From positions 10,690 to 74,689 of the forward strand of contig NZ_JAVRCP020000024.1 of assembly GCF_034530675.2 (NCBI RefSeq): DNA of 64,000 nucleotides, read 5' to 3'. Under the pieces are notes generated by a model. It did no database searches and was not told the origin of the DNA. It saw only the letters and a program-made list of their open reading frames with translations. Below are positions 1 through 9,850 of this stretch, piece after piece (position 1 is the stretch's first letter; each line of letters starts with the position of its first letter). The stretch is from Nostoc sp. DedVER02 (GTDB taxonomy: Bacteria > Cyanobacteriota > Cyanobacteriia > Cyanobacteriales > Nostocaceae). A program made the translations under genes and the position numbers.

Positions 1-743
1 AAAGCTTGTATCGAAAAGCATTGAGAAGAACAGATGCTACTGCCTTAACTCAAGCATTGGGGACAAGAAATTCAGAATCTTTGCGTCTTAAGGTTCAGCG
101 ATTTATTGTCGAAGAAGACGGCATATTGCTACTATGTTCTGATGGTTTAAGTGATAATAACAGGGTCGAACAATATTGGCAGGATTATGCAATACCCGTG
201 TTAACAGGTCAGATGACAGTTGAAGATGCTGTCAAAAACTGGATTAACTTAGCAAATGAAAAAAATGGGCGTGATAATACATCAGTTGTTCTCACTTATT
301 GCCGTGTCTCCTCAGAATACTTAGTACCTGTGACTCCGGCGTTGCCAGAAGAGATTATAGAAGCAGAAATACAAGAGGAACAAGAGGAACAAGAGGAACA
401 AGAGGAACAAGAAGAACAAGAAGAACAAGAAGAACAAGAAGAACAAGAAGAATTAATTTCCTTCACAGAAAGTTCGCAACCTTTGCTAGATTTGGATCTA
501 AATTTGGATATAGATTTAGCTATTTCAGAGGAACCGCTCATCAGCCCAGAAATTCCACCAACCTTAATTACAAGACCTAATCGAAGTCAACGTTTAGTAA
601 CGCTGGGAGGAGTGTTGGCGTTGCTTGTGGGTAGCTCAAGTTTAGGATTATTTGCTTGGTGGCAAATTAATCCTCAAGGATTCCAACAAGTGTGTCGGCA
701 ACTTCCTCAAAAAGTGCAGCAATTGTGTCAGCCAGGGAAATAG
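1..743 (+). CDS. PP2C-family Ser/Thr protein phosphatase, C-terminal part (5' end outside window), with an acidic EEQ linker and a C-terminal membrane anchor
   Basis: The reading frame is open to the window edge. LLLCSDGLSD and NGRDNTSVV motifs are typical of the C-terminal half of PP2C. A hydrophobic LVTLGGVLALLVGSSSLGLFAWW segment lies near the C-terminus. Confidence 0.6.
   Translation, partial: SLYRKALRRTDATALTQALGTRNSESLRLKVQRFIVEEDGILLLCSDGLSDNNRVEQYWQDYAIPVLTGQMTVEDAVKNWINLANEKNGRDNTSVVLTYCRVSSEYLVPVTPALPEEIIEAEIQEEQEEQEEQEEQEEQEEQEEQEEQEELISFTESSQPLLDLDLNLDIDLAISEEPLISPEIPPTLITRPNRSQRLVTLGGVLALLVGSSSLGLFAWWQINPQGFQQVCRQLPQKVQQLCQPGK
372..452 (+). repeat. In-frame 9-bp tandem repeat (CAAGAGGAA x4, then CAAGAAGAA x5) encoding (QEE)n
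   Basis: Read directly from the sequence: nine perfect 9-bp units in two sub-variants. Confidence 0.95.
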
Positions 744-747
744 CAAA

Positions 748-772
748 ATGGGGAATGGGGAATGGGGAATAA
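748..772 (+). repeat. STRR-type heptamer array (TGGGGAA x3)
   Basis: atggggaatggggaatggggaat lies immediately after the PP2C stop codon. Confidence 0.9.
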
Positions 773-938
773 TAAGTTATATATAATATTGGTGATTCGT
801 TAGTATCCCATCTCTAACCTGATTAAAATCAAATATCGCTCAGGGATAGGGCTAATGTACGTACTTCGCACTAACATTAGATTATCTAAGGTAAGCAGAT
901 TCCTTGTTCTAAAATTTACTTAACGAAGGCGGTAGAAA

Positions 939-1199
939 ATGGGTAGACTAAATCCTTATACACTGCAATTGCAAATTACTCGAATGTTTGAGCAAGGGCA
1001 ATCATTTTTTGCCACAACCAAGGTGCAAGAATGGTTGAAAGAACGCAAACATAATCCAGAAGATTATGATATTTTTTTCCATAAAAAACCTGCGCCTCCT
1101 GGTTCAAAAGAAGTGATGGTAGTGGAAATTGAATTACGCCGCAAAGATGGACAACCTGTTGATCCTTGGTTGCAGGAACAAGCAAATCTCCATGCCTGA
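939..1199 (+). CDS. Hypothetical protein (86 aa)
   Basis: ATG-initiated ORF followed about 60 nt downstream by a strong hairpin. No family recognised. Confidence 0.4.
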   Translation: MGRLNPYTLQLQITRMFEQGQSFFATTKVQEWLKERKHNPEDYDIFFHKKPAPPGSKEVMVVEIELRRKDGQPVDPWLQEQANLHA

Positions 1200-1258
1200 T
1201 TTTCAGAATTAGCATTTTTCAATTTTAATTCATATTATCTTAACAAAAATCATGAAAC

Positions 1259-1289
1259 AAATAGCGTTCCCAATTGCGGAACGCTATTT
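1259..1289 (+). terminator. Hairpin terminator candidate (12-bp perfect stem)
   Basis: aaatagcgttcc-caattgc-ggaacgctattt followed by gtt. Downstream of the 939-1199 ORF. Confidence 0.5.
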
Positions 1290-1326
1290 GTTATCTTGGA
1301 ATTAATTGTAAATACCTTGTAAGATC

Positions 1327-1719
1327 ATGAAAATGAAATATAATCAGCGCTGGGTTTTTGCATTTTGGGTTTACTTTGGAATTTTGATGTCCATTTCTAT
1401 GGCAGCCTACCTGAGAATTATCCCCGTGGAAATCTCACAATTCCCATATTACGATACAATCTTGCATTTCCTATTGCTAGGAATTGCTGCTTACTTGAGC
1501 CATTTGGCATTAAATAAACGTAAGATTCAAATATTCAATATTTTTTTGCCGCTAGCACCATTGATTGTGATATTTTTTTGTATAGTTGATGAAATAATTC
1601 AACTGTTTGTACCTTATCGCAGCTTTGATTTAGTTGATTTAGGGGCTGACTTGTGCGGTATTATATTATTTACCTGGTTAGCAGAAAAGCTAAAACTGAA
1701 CAAATCTGAAAAAACTTAA
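1327..1719 (+). CDS. VanZ-like small membrane protein
   Basis: 130 aa with about 4 hydrophobic segments. DEIIQLFVPYRSFDLVDLGAD resembles the VanZ-family motif. Confidence 0.45.
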   Translation: MKMKYNQRWVFAFWVYFGILMSISMAAYLRIIPVEISQFPYYDTILHFLLLGIAAYLSHLALNKRKIQIFNIFLPLAPLIVIFFCIVDEIIQLFVPYRSFDLVDLGADLCGIILFTWLAEKLKLNKSEKT

Positions 1720-1891
1720 CGTAAAAAGACATATAAACAAATTTTAATTTTATCTTTGTACTCTTTCTGTAGGAGCTTGCCGTAAGTATCTATCTGTGCA
1801 TCTTCATCAAAATCACCCAATCAGGTGAATCAAGTGGGTGAGGTAGAATAAACACAAACTAACGTATCTTAAGGCTATAAGGAAATGTTGC

Positions 1892-2611
1892 TTGGCACAC
1901 CAATTTATAGCTTTAGAAATTAGGAAATGGATGATGACTGTAAACCAAATTATTGGAGATTCACAAAGTAAAACTGCTGCTAACTTCGGTAAACGTTTCT
2001 TTGCCTGGATGATGGCTCAAAGTAGCAGCACGTATGATAAAGTTGTGAGCGATGTCTACGACGACCTAAGCCTACGCAAACTTTCTCTTTTTGCAAATCT
2101 CCAAGGTACAGTGTTAGAAATCGTCCCAGGAACCGGCCCTACCGTACCCTACTATCCTAAAGATATTTACCAGACAGGAATCCAGCCAAAGCCACATACG
2201 CATTCCTATCTTCAAAAACAAGTAGAAAAACTAGGTTTAAACATCGATCTCCGAATTGGCAATGCTGAATGGTTAGATGCTGAAGATAACAGTATAGATA
2301 CTGTTGTTAGTAATCTAGTTTTGTGTTCAGTGCCGAATATAGACTATACATTACAAGCCGTTTTAAGAGTACTTAAACCCGGTGGACGCTTCTTATTTAT
2401 TGAAAATATCGCCGTACCTAAAGGGACTTTATTGCGAAAAATACAAAGCAAAATTAATCCTGGTTGGAAAGTTATAGATGATGTTTGTCATCCAGATAGA
2501 GAAACTTTGATTGCTTTAGAAAATGCTGGTTTTACTAATATTCATTATGAGCAATTTGAAGCAAAAATGCCGATTATTAGTCCTCATATTATTGGCATAG
2601 CGACAAAGTGA
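1892..2611 (+). CDS. Class I SAM-dependent methyltransferase
   Basis: VLEIVPGTGP (motif I-like, with V in place of the usual G) and LRVLKPGGRFLFIEN. The start is uncertain: TTG at 1892, or ATG at 1931 or 1934. Confidence 0.65.
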   Translation: MAHQFIALEIRKWMMTVNQIIGDSQSKTAANFGKRFFAWMMAQSSSTYDKVVSDVYDDLSLRKLSLFANLQGTVLEIVPGTGPTVPYYPKDIYQTGIQPKPHTHSYLQKQVEKLGLNIDLRIGNAEWLDAEDNSIDTVVSNLVLCSVPNIDYTLQAVLRVLKPGGRFLFIENIAVPKGTLLRKIQSKINPGWKVIDDVCHPDRETLIALENAGFTNIHYEQFEAKMPIISPHIIGIATK

Positions 2612-2766
2612 AATAAAAATTTATTTCAGAGTTTGTTTCTTAAAATTACTGATAATTTTTTTGAACCATTCTCTAACAAACCTTTTTTATTAAGCTATAT
2701 AAACATATTGTACTGGCTGGTGCTTCTATATTAGACTAATAAATTGATTATTTATTAGTTATTAAT

Positions 2767-4149
2767 ATGCAAAGAAAGGTTGGTTATATTAGCTATTTGG
2801 TTATTATTGGAACTTTAATATTATTTATTTCTAGTAGTTTAAGACATCTTTTATTTAAATCTAACGCTCTTGACTTAGCTCTTTTTGACCAATGGGTATA
2901 TTTGATAAGTCAGAATTTACCCCCAATATCTTCTTTTTTTGGATTTCATGTTGTAGGCGATCATGCAGCTTTTATATTGTATCCAATCAGCCTACTATAT
3001 AAAATACATCCTAGTGAATACTGGTTATTTTTAGTTCAAGCTCTTGGTTTAGCTTCTGGATGTTTACCTACTTATTTATTAAGCCTACAAGCAGGATTAT
3101 CTATGCCTTATTCAAGAGCAATAAGTTTGTCTTATTTGCTTTATCCCGCTTTATTTAATAGTAATTTTTTTACTGATTTTCGTCCAGAAAGTATAGCAGT
3201 TCCTGCATTATTGTGGGCAATGTGGGCAGCAATAGAGAAATGTACTTATCAATTATTTTTTGCTATTGGTTTAGTTTTAATTTGTAAGGATAGCTTAAGT
3301 TTAACCGTAATAGCTTTTGGGATTTGGCTTTTATTAGAACATCGAAAAGCTTATGGTTTAGCTTGTATTCTAATAGGGTTATCTTGGTATATTTTTACTA
3401 TTGGTTATTTAACACCTTTTTTGAGAGGTGGGCAAGCTGGGGGAGTTGTGTTTTATGCTTCTCTTGGTAGTTCTCCAAAGGAAATAATCATTAATATTTT
3501 TAGTAATCCTAATTTAATTTTAGGCAAGTTTTTGTCTCCTGAAGCATTCTTTTATTATTTTCTCCTTTTAGTACCAGTAATTATTGGATTACATTGGAAG
3601 CAAATATTATTTTTAATACCTGCTTTACCTATGCTGTTATTAAATATTATTTCTGATTATTCATCACAAAGAGATTTAGCTCATCATTACTCATTACCTA
3701 TTTTCCCTTTTGTGATTGTATGGTTAATATATTCTATAAAAGAATATCAACAACAGAATAAGAGGTATTGGTTGAAACCTAAAATTTTAATAATTTCTGC
3801 GATTATTTCTTTCTTGGCATTAGCTAAGTATGATTTTTTTATAACACGTTATTTATCAAATTTATCTAATATTTCTTCTTTATATAATGCTGTTAGTCTA
3901 GTTAAAACTAAGGAAAGTGTTTTGACTACAGCAAATATTGCTCCTCATTTAGCTAAACGTCAAACCATCAAGCTACTTAGTAAAGATCGTCCTTCGGAAA
4001 AGTATGATGAGATTTTTAAATACATACTTCTAGATTTAATAAATAATAAATCTGAGTTTATTCCTGATTTAATATATCAACTTAAAAATAGCTCTACATT
4101 CAAACTTGTATACGAAACTGATAAAGTTTTTTTGTTTGTAAGGGTGTGA
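2767..4149 (+). CDS. Multi-pass integral membrane protein, DUF2079-like
   Basis: 460 aa with 10 or more hydrophobic segments. N-terminal ALDLALFDQW motif as recalled for DUF2079. AT-rich coding sequence. Confidence 0.5.
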   Translation: MQRKVGYISYLVIIGTLILFISSSLRHLLFKSNALDLALFDQWVYLISQNLPPISSFFGFHVVGDHAAFILYPISLLYKIHPSEYWLFLVQALGLASGCLPTYLLSLQAGLSMPYSRAISLSYLLYPALFNSNFFTDFRPESIAVPALLWAMWAAIEKCTYQLFFAIGLVLICKDSLSLTVIAFGIWLLLEHRKAYGLACILIGLSWYIFTIGYLTPFLRGGQAGGVVFYASLGSSPKEIIINIFSNPNLILGKFLSPEAFFYYFLLLVPVIIGLHWKQILFLIPALPMLLLNIISDYSSQRDLAHHYSLPIFPFVIVWLIYSIKEYQQQNKRYWLKPKILIISAIISFLALAKYDFFITRYLSNLSNISSLYNAVSLVKTKESVLTTANIAPHLAKRQTIKLLSKDRPSEKYDEIFKYILLDLINNKSEFIPDLIYQLKNSSTFKLVYETDKVFLFVRV

Positions 4150-4157
4150 TATGTTTT

Positions 4158-5105
4158 TTATTGTTGCAAGTATCGTTCTTCCATACCGATGTTGCCTTGC
4201 AAGCCTCCTGTGTGTACCAACAGCAACGAATCGCCTTTACTAAAAAATCCCTGCTTTAGTAAATCTATCACTCCATAAAACATTTTAGCGGTATATACGT
4301 AATCAAGAGGTATGCCATATTCCTCCCTGAATTGTTGGCTAAACAGCAGCAATTCGTTGTTTAACTTTGCATAGCCGCCAAAGTGATAATCGCACACTAA
4401 TTCCCAAGAAGCGGGATTAGATGGTGTAGGTAAACCAGACGCAAGGTAATTTGTCAATAAACTTTCGATTTCTTGTGCGAGAAATAACCCATTTTTTAGA
4501 ACGGGAAAAGCGATCGCTCTTTGTCCTTCATACAACGAAAGCGAAATCCCCGCTAGTGTGGTAGCTGTACCGCAAGCTACGCATACACGATTAAATGCGT
4601 AGGCGGAGCCAGCTTTAAGCATCGCATCACCAATTATCTCTGTACAGCCGCGCACACCATTTAAATTACTCCCGCCTTCGGGAATGATAAACACCTCACC
4701 AAAGCGTTGTTGCAGATATTTCTGTAACGCTGCTGTGTTTCGCTGTCGATACATTTCGCGGTTCAGGTATACAAGCTGCATGCCCTGTTGGACAGCAAAA
4801 CTCAGCGTCGGATTTAGTGGTAACGTCTCCTCTCCACGAATTACACCAATGGTATGAAAACCGAAAAGATTACCAGCCGCCGCAGTTGCATAGATGTGAT
4901 TGGAATAAGCGCCACCAAAAGTAAGCAGCGTGGTGAAATGTTTCTCTTTGGCTTCCAAAAGGTTGTATTTTAGCTTGAACCACTTGTTGCCGTTAACCCA
5001 CGGGTGCATCAAATCCAGCCGTAGCACATACATATCGACACCAGCGTGAAGGGCAATTTCGCTGTTGATTTTTTGTATGGCAGGAGGAAAAAATATTAAC
5101 GACAT
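4158..5105 (-). CDS. PLP-dependent ACC deaminase / D-cysteine desulfhydrase family protein
   Basis: NGNKWFKLKYNL (PLP-lysine region), TFGGAYSNH and IPEGGSN motifs. Confidence 0.75.
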   Translation of the reverse strand: MSLIFFPPAIQKINSEIALHAGVDMYVLRLDLMHPWVNGNKWFKLKYNLLEAKEKHFTTLLTFGGAYSNHIYATAAAGNLFGFHTIGVIRGEETLPLNPTLSFAVQQGMQLVYLNREMYRQRNTAALQKYLQQRFGEVFIIPEGGSNLNGVRGCTEIIGDAMLKAGSAYAFNRVCVACGTATTLAGISLSLYEGQRAIAFPVLKNGLFLAQEIESLLTNYLASGLPTPSNPASWELVCDYHFGGYAKLNNELLLFSQQFREEYGIPLDYVYTAKMFYGVIDLLKQGFFSKGDSLLLVHTGGLQGNIGMEERYLQQ

Positions 5106-5313
5106 ACATAAACATTATAACTTAGTATTTACATTTTCTCAAATTCATTATTGATGATAAACATTGAGTAATTCAATGGTAAACCAATCTAAATGATGAA
5201 TAAAACTTTCTGATGATTAGCTTTAGAAATTGGCATTTTACTAATTGAGTGTTTCAGGTAAATATAAGAAACATCAAGCTCGCTTCATATAACAATCTTT
5301 TTGGAGAAAACAA

Positions 5314-7044
5314 ATGGTCGCACTCATACAGCCCACTCAAGTTACTCCCAACCCAGGACGTTTGACAGTTGAAACTGTTGAAATTGCTCCTCAAACAACT
5401 GCTATTCGTTGTCTAGACTGGGATAGAGAACGTTTTGATGTCGAGTTTGGTCTACGGAATGGTACGACTTATAATTCTTTCTTAATTCAGGGAGAAAAGG
5501 TTGCCTTAGTTGACACATCTCACCGCAAGTTTGAGGAATTATATCTTGAGATAGTGGTGGGATTAATTGATCCAACTAAAATAGATTACTTAATTATTAG
5601 CCACACAGAACCAGACCATAGTGGCTTAGTGAAAAATATTTTGCAATTAGCTCCTTCCATTACTATTGTTGCGGCTAAGGTAGCTATTCAATTTTTAGAA
5701 AATATGGTTCACCAGCCTTTTAAATCAATGCAGGTGAAAAGTGGAGAACGATTAGATTTAGGCAATGGACACGAATTAGAATTTATCTCTGCACCAAACT
5801 TACACTGGCCTGACACAATCTTTACTTACGATCGCAAAACTAGCACTCTTTACACCTGCGATGTGTTTGGGATGCACTACTGTGATGACCACACTTATGA
5901 TGAAAATCTCACCTTACTTGAGGAAGACTTTCAATATTATTATGATTGTCTGATGGGCCCCAATGCTCGATCTGTTTTGGCAGCTTTAAAGCGAATTGAA
6001 AAGTTAGAAATAACAACAGTTGCTACAGGACATGGCCCTTTATTACAAAATAATATCTCCGAATGGCTTGGACGGTATCAAACCTGGAGTTTAGAGCAAG
6101 CAAAAACAGAGACTTTAGTAGCTCTATTTTATGTTGAAGATTACGGTTATAGCGAGCAGTTAGTCCGTACCATAGCTCATGGATGCGCGAAAACAGGTGC
6201 GGCGGTAGAATTAGTTCCTCTCAATAGTTCTGAGCCTCAAGAAGTTCGAGAATTAGTGGCACAATCTTCTGGTTTAGTAATTGCAATGCCACCTCAATCT
6301 TCAGTGATGATTCAAGCTGCATTAAGCACTATTTTAGCTGCTGTCCACAAAAAACAGGCAATTGGTTTATTAGAGTCTGGAGGTGGAGAAGATGAACCAA
6401 TTTATCCTTTACGTAATAAGTTTCAAGAACTGGGATTAACTGAAGCTTTTCCTCCTATTTTAGTTAAGGAAATTCCTACTCAAGCAACGGAACAACTTTG
6501 TGATGAAGCGGGGACAGATTTAGGTCAATGGTTGAACCGCGATCGCACCATCAAACAGATCAAATCTATCAATACTGAGTTAGAGAAAGCTTTAGGGCGG
6601 ATTAGCACAGGATTATACATCATCACTGCCAAAAAAGGAGAAATTCAGAGTGCGATGTTGGCTTCTTGGGTGACACAAGCAAGTCTTGAGCCTTTAGGAG
6701 TTGCGATCGCAGTATCCAAAGACCGAGCAATTGAATCTTTAATGCACGTTGGCGATCGCTTTGTTCTAAATGTTTTAGAAGAGGGCAAATATCAAGGATT
6801 AATGAAACATTTCCTCAAACGTTTTGCTCCTGGTGCAGACCGTTTTGCTGGAGTGAAAACATATCCGGCTAAAAATGAATCACCTGTTTTAGCTGAAGCT
6901 CTAGCTTACATGGAATGTGAAATCACTAGCCGCATGGATTGTGGAGATCATTGGGTAATTTATAGCACAGTCCAAACTGGAAGAGTTGCCAAGTTAAATG
7001 CACTTACCGCCGCTCATCACCGCAAAATTGGCAATCATTACTAA
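5314..7044 (+). CDS. flv4: Flavodiiron protein Flv4 (canonical diiron ligands)
   Basis: Three-domain layout: MBL-like domain with H-T-E-P-D-H, a flavodoxin-like domain and a C-terminal flavin-reductase-like domain. It is the first gene of an Flv / small membrane ORF / Flv arrangement, as in Synechocystis flv4-sll0218-flv2. Confidence 0.8.
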   Translation: MVALIQPTQVTPNPGRLTVETVEIAPQTTAIRCLDWDRERFDVEFGLRNGTTYNSFLIQGEKVALVDTSHRKFEELYLEIVVGLIDPTKIDYLIISHTEPDHSGLVKNILQLAPSITIVAAKVAIQFLENMVHQPFKSMQVKSGERLDLGNGHELEFISAPNLHWPDTIFTYDRKTSTLYTCDVFGMHYCDDHTYDENLTLLEEDFQYYYDCLMGPNARSVLAALKRIEKLEITTVATGHGPLLQNNISEWLGRYQTWSLEQAKTETLVALFYVEDYGYSEQLVRTIAHGCAKTGAAVELVPLNSSEPQEVRELVAQSSGLVIAMPPQSSVMIQAALSTILAAVHKKQAIGLLESGGGEDEPIYPLRNKFQELGLTEAFPPILVKEIPTQATEQLCDEAGTDLGQWLNRDRTIKQIKSINTELEKALGRISTGLYIITAKKGEIQSAMLASWVTQASLEPLGVAIAVSKDRAIESLMHVGDRFVLNVLEEGKYQGLMKHFLKRFAPGADRFAGVKTYPAKNESPVLAEALAYMECEITSRMDCGDHWVIYSTVQTGRVAKLNALTAAHHRKIGNHY

Positions 7045-7047
7045 ATA

Positions 7048-7081
7048 GTCATTTGTCATTTGTCATTGGTCATTTGTCATT
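7048..7081 (+). repeat. STRR-type heptamer array (TCATTTG/TCATTGG)
   Basis: gtcatttgtcatttgtcattggtcatttgtcatt lies directly after the flv4 stop. Confidence 0.9.
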
Positions 7082-7167
7082 AAGCTCCCCTGCTCCTCGG
7101 TCACTGAGCGTAGCCGTTCGCGCAGCGTCTCGTAGAGAAGTGCTGCTCCCTACCCCACATAGACGCG

Positions 7168-7713
7168 ATGAATCGCGTCTCTACAACCTTACAGAAAACT
7201 ATGTATAAATCTGTTGATAATACTCCGATTACAATGTATGAAATCAATCGGGGGCGTGTTGTACGAACCTTGGAATTTATTCAAGATGTAATTGTAATTT
7301 CTCTGTGTATTGGTTTATTTAGCTTCATGGTGCTTCAGGTGAGAGATATGTTTCTCTCCTTACTTCCACCTCTAGATTTTCATGCTGTTACTGCCGATAT
7401 TCTCTTTTTACTTATCTTAGTTGAGTTATTTCGACTACTGATTATTTACCTACAGGAACATCGAGTATCTATTGGCGTAGCTGTTGAAGTTTCCATTGTT
7501 TCTGCCTTGCGAGAAGTCATTGTTAAAGGTGTTCTAGAAACTAATTGGAGTCAAATTCTAGCGACCTGTGCCTTTTTATTAGTCCTGGGAGTACTATTAT
7601 TTCTCCGAGTTTGGCTACCCCCGACCTTTGAAGGTATCGACCCAGAACAAGAAGTATCTAAACGCTATAGAAGCCGAGTTAAGTCTGAATTAACACAAAC
7701 CAATGGTCATTAA
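7168..7713 (+). CDS. Sll0218-like (PsiE-like) small membrane protein of the flv4-flv2 operon
   Basis: 181 aa with about 4 TM segments, positioned between the two flv genes. The ATG at 7168 lies inside a dispersed hairpin repeat, so ATG 7201 (MYKSV...) is an alternative start. Confidence 0.6.
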   Translation: MNRVSTTLQKTMYKSVDNTPITMYEINRGRVVRTLEFIQDVIVISLCIGLFSFMVLQVRDMFLSLLPPLDFHAVTADILFLLILVELFRLLIIYLQEHRVSIGVAVEVSIVSALREVIVKGVLETNWSQILATCAFLLVLGVLLFLRVWLPPTFEGIDPEQEVSKRYRSRVKSELTQTNGH

Positions 7714-7716
7714 TAG

Positions 7717-7799
7717 GAAGCAGGGGAGCGGGGGGCAGGGGGCAAGGGAGAGAATAAACCTCTTCCCCCCCTGCTCCCTGCTCCCTGCCCCTCTGCCTC
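7717..7799 (+). other. Imperfect G-rich/C-rich inverted repeat (intercistronic stem-loop candidate)
   Basis: gaagcaggggagcggggggcagggggcaagggagag - aataaacc - tcttcccccctgctccctgctccctgcccctctgcctc. Followed by (CCCAATT)x3 at 7804-7825. Confidence 0.5.
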
Positions 7800-7833
7800 T
7801 TGTACCCAATTCCCAATTCCCAATTAAAAGATT

Positions 7834-9570
7834 ATGTCTGTTGCAACATTAACGCCCAACCATAGTAGAGATGTCCAAGTTGCTGAAATTGGTAAAAATA
7901 CTCTGATTTTGCGATCGCGGACTTGGGACAGATTAAAATTTGAGGTGGAGTATTCCCGCCAACGGGGAACTACAGCAAATTCTTATCTGATTCAAGCTGA
8001 TAAAAAGGCTTTAATTGACCCTCCCGGCGAATCTTTTACCGAAATTTACCTTGAGCAACTAGCACAACGTCTAGATTTCATTACCCTAGATTACATTGTT
8101 CTCAGTCATGTCAACCCCAACCGCAGAGCAACTTTACAAGCATTGCTCTCTCTGGTTCCTCAAGCTACTCTAATTTGTTCTCGCCCCGCCGCCAATGCTC
8201 TCAAAACCGCTTTTCCCGAATTTGAATCACCTATTCAAGCGGTGCGATCGGGGGATACTCTAGATTTAGGACAAGGACATCTTCTATCATTTGTCACCGT
8301 ACCAACTCCCCGTTGGGTGGATGGGCTTTGTACTTATGATTCAGCAACGAAAATTCTCTACACAGACAAACTTTTCGGCGCTCATATTTGCGAAGATCCT
8401 TTATTTGATGAAGATTGGAAAGGATTAGATGCGGAACGTCGTTATTATTTTGAATGTCTCCATGCGCCCCAAGCCAAGCAAGTTGAAGTTGCTTTAGATA
8501 AATTGTCGGTTTTGGGAGCCAGATGTTATGCCCCAGGACACGGGCCAGTTGTCCGTTATAGCCTCAGCCGTTTTACTTATGATTACCGTCAATGGTGTCA
8601 AGGACAAAAATCTCAAGAATTGAGTGTCGCTTTGCTTTATGCTTCTGCTTATGGAAATACAGCAATTATGGCAAATGCGATCGCACAAGGTTTAATTAAA
8701 AATGGCGTAAATGTAGAATCAATCAACTGTGAATTAGCTGATTCTGCCGAGATTAACCGCATTATCGAAACTTGCGATGGTTTGATTATCGGTTCACCCA
8801 CATTAGGCGGCCATGCACCAACTCAAATTCAAACAGCTTTAGGAATAGTTCTCTCGGTGGCGGCTAAAACTAAGTTAGCAGGAGTGTTTGGTTCTTACGG
8901 TTGGAGTGGAGAAGCAATAGATTTAATCGAAAGCAAGCTCAAAGATGCTAATTATCAATTAGGGTTTGAAACAATTCGGGTGCGTTTCAGCCCTACTCCT
9001 GAGATTCTTCAGCAGTGTGAAGAAGCAGGTGCTTTTTTTGCTCAAAACTTGAAGAAAACTAAAAAGCTGCGTAGTTCTCGCCAAGTTGTGACAGAAACCC
9101 ATGTAGATCGTACCGAACAAGCGGTGGGGCGGATCGTTGGTTCTCTGTGTGTTGTGACAACTCGTGATGAAGAAACCCACAAAGGGGTTTTAACTTCTTG
9201 GGTATCGCAGGCAACTTTTAACCCCCCAGGAATTATGATTGCGATCGCTAACGAGCAGAATGCAGAGTTAATGCATCATCCTGGCGATAAATTTGTGTTG
9301 AATATCCTCAAAGAAGGAAGAAATGTCCGACGTTATTTTTCTCGTCATAGCACTTTAGGCGATAATCCCTTTGCAAATCTTTCCACAAAAACTGCTGATA
9401 ATGGTTGTTTGATTTTGAATGAGGCGTTAGCCTATTTAGAATGTACAGTGCAAAATCAGCTTGAATGTGGCGATAGATGGTTAATTTATGCCGTCATCGA
9501 TCGCGGTGAAGTGTTGGAAAATGATGGTGTCACTGCTTTAGAGCATCGGAAATCTGGCAGCTATTATTAA
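7834..9570 (+). CDS. flv2: Flavodiiron protein Flv2 (non-canonical diiron site)
   Basis: Same three-domain layout as Flv4, but the ligand motif reads H-V-N-P-N-R. Third gene of the flv4-sll0218-flv2 layout. Confidence 0.8.
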   Translation: MSVATLTPNHSRDVQVAEIGKNTLILRSRTWDRLKFEVEYSRQRGTTANSYLIQADKKALIDPPGESFTEIYLEQLAQRLDFITLDYIVLSHVNPNRRATLQALLSLVPQATLICSRPAANALKTAFPEFESPIQAVRSGDTLDLGQGHLLSFVTVPTPRWVDGLCTYDSATKILYTDKLFGAHICEDPLFDEDWKGLDAERRYYFECLHAPQAKQVEVALDKLSVLGARCYAPGHGPVVRYSLSRFTYDYRQWCQGQKSQELSVALLYASAYGNTAIMANAIAQGLIKNGVNVESINCELADSAEINRIIETCDGLIIGSPTLGGHAPTQIQTALGIVLSVAAKTKLAGVFGSYGWSGEAIDLIESKLKDANYQLGFETIRVRFSPTPEILQQCEEAGAFFAQNLKKTKKLRSSRQVVTETHVDRTEQAVGRIVGSLCVVTTRDEETHKGVLTSWVSQATFNPPGIMIAIANEQNAELMHHPGDKFVLNILKEGRNVRRYFSRHSTLGDNPFANLSTKTADNGCLILNEALAYLECTVQNQLECGDRWLIYAVIDRGEVLENDGVTALEHRKSGSYY

Positions 9571-9683
9571 CTAATTTGTAATATCAAGTTCGGATAATTA
9601 GTTACGATTTCCACAGTCATTGCACCCCACCCCTTAATCCCCTCCCCGCAGGCCTAGGGTGTACACACAAGTCTTTTAGAGTT

Positions 9684-9850
9684 GCAATCTTATTGTTTTG
9701 ACTTACAATGCCATTGTTCCGGCTGACAATGGCATTGTTTTGCCTAACAATACGATTGTTTCAGCTAACAATGGCATTGTTTCGGCTGACAATACGATTG
9801 TTTTGGCTAACAATGCCATTGTTCCGGCTGACAATGCTATTGTTTTGACG
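9684..9850 (+). repeat. 21-bp tandem array (8 units), each with an ACAAT-N3-ATTGT palindrome
   Basis: Units start at 9684 (degenerate), 9705, 9726, 9747, 9768, 9789, 9810 and 9831. The 69-aa ORF at 9698-9907 is just a translation of this repeat. Confidence 0.9.

Noticed and set aside
928-935. GGCGGTAG, identical to the enterobacterial ops/JUMPstart core
   Set aside because: It sits 3 nt before the ATG of a small ORF unrelated to polysaccharide genes. RfaH/ops logic is not established in cyanobacteria, and a single 8-mer match is likely chance.
9684-9850. Possible CRISPR array
   Set aside because: Units are contiguous 21-mers with no unique spacers. No cas genes are nearby. No other CRISPR-like repeat-spacer pattern was seen anywhere in the window.
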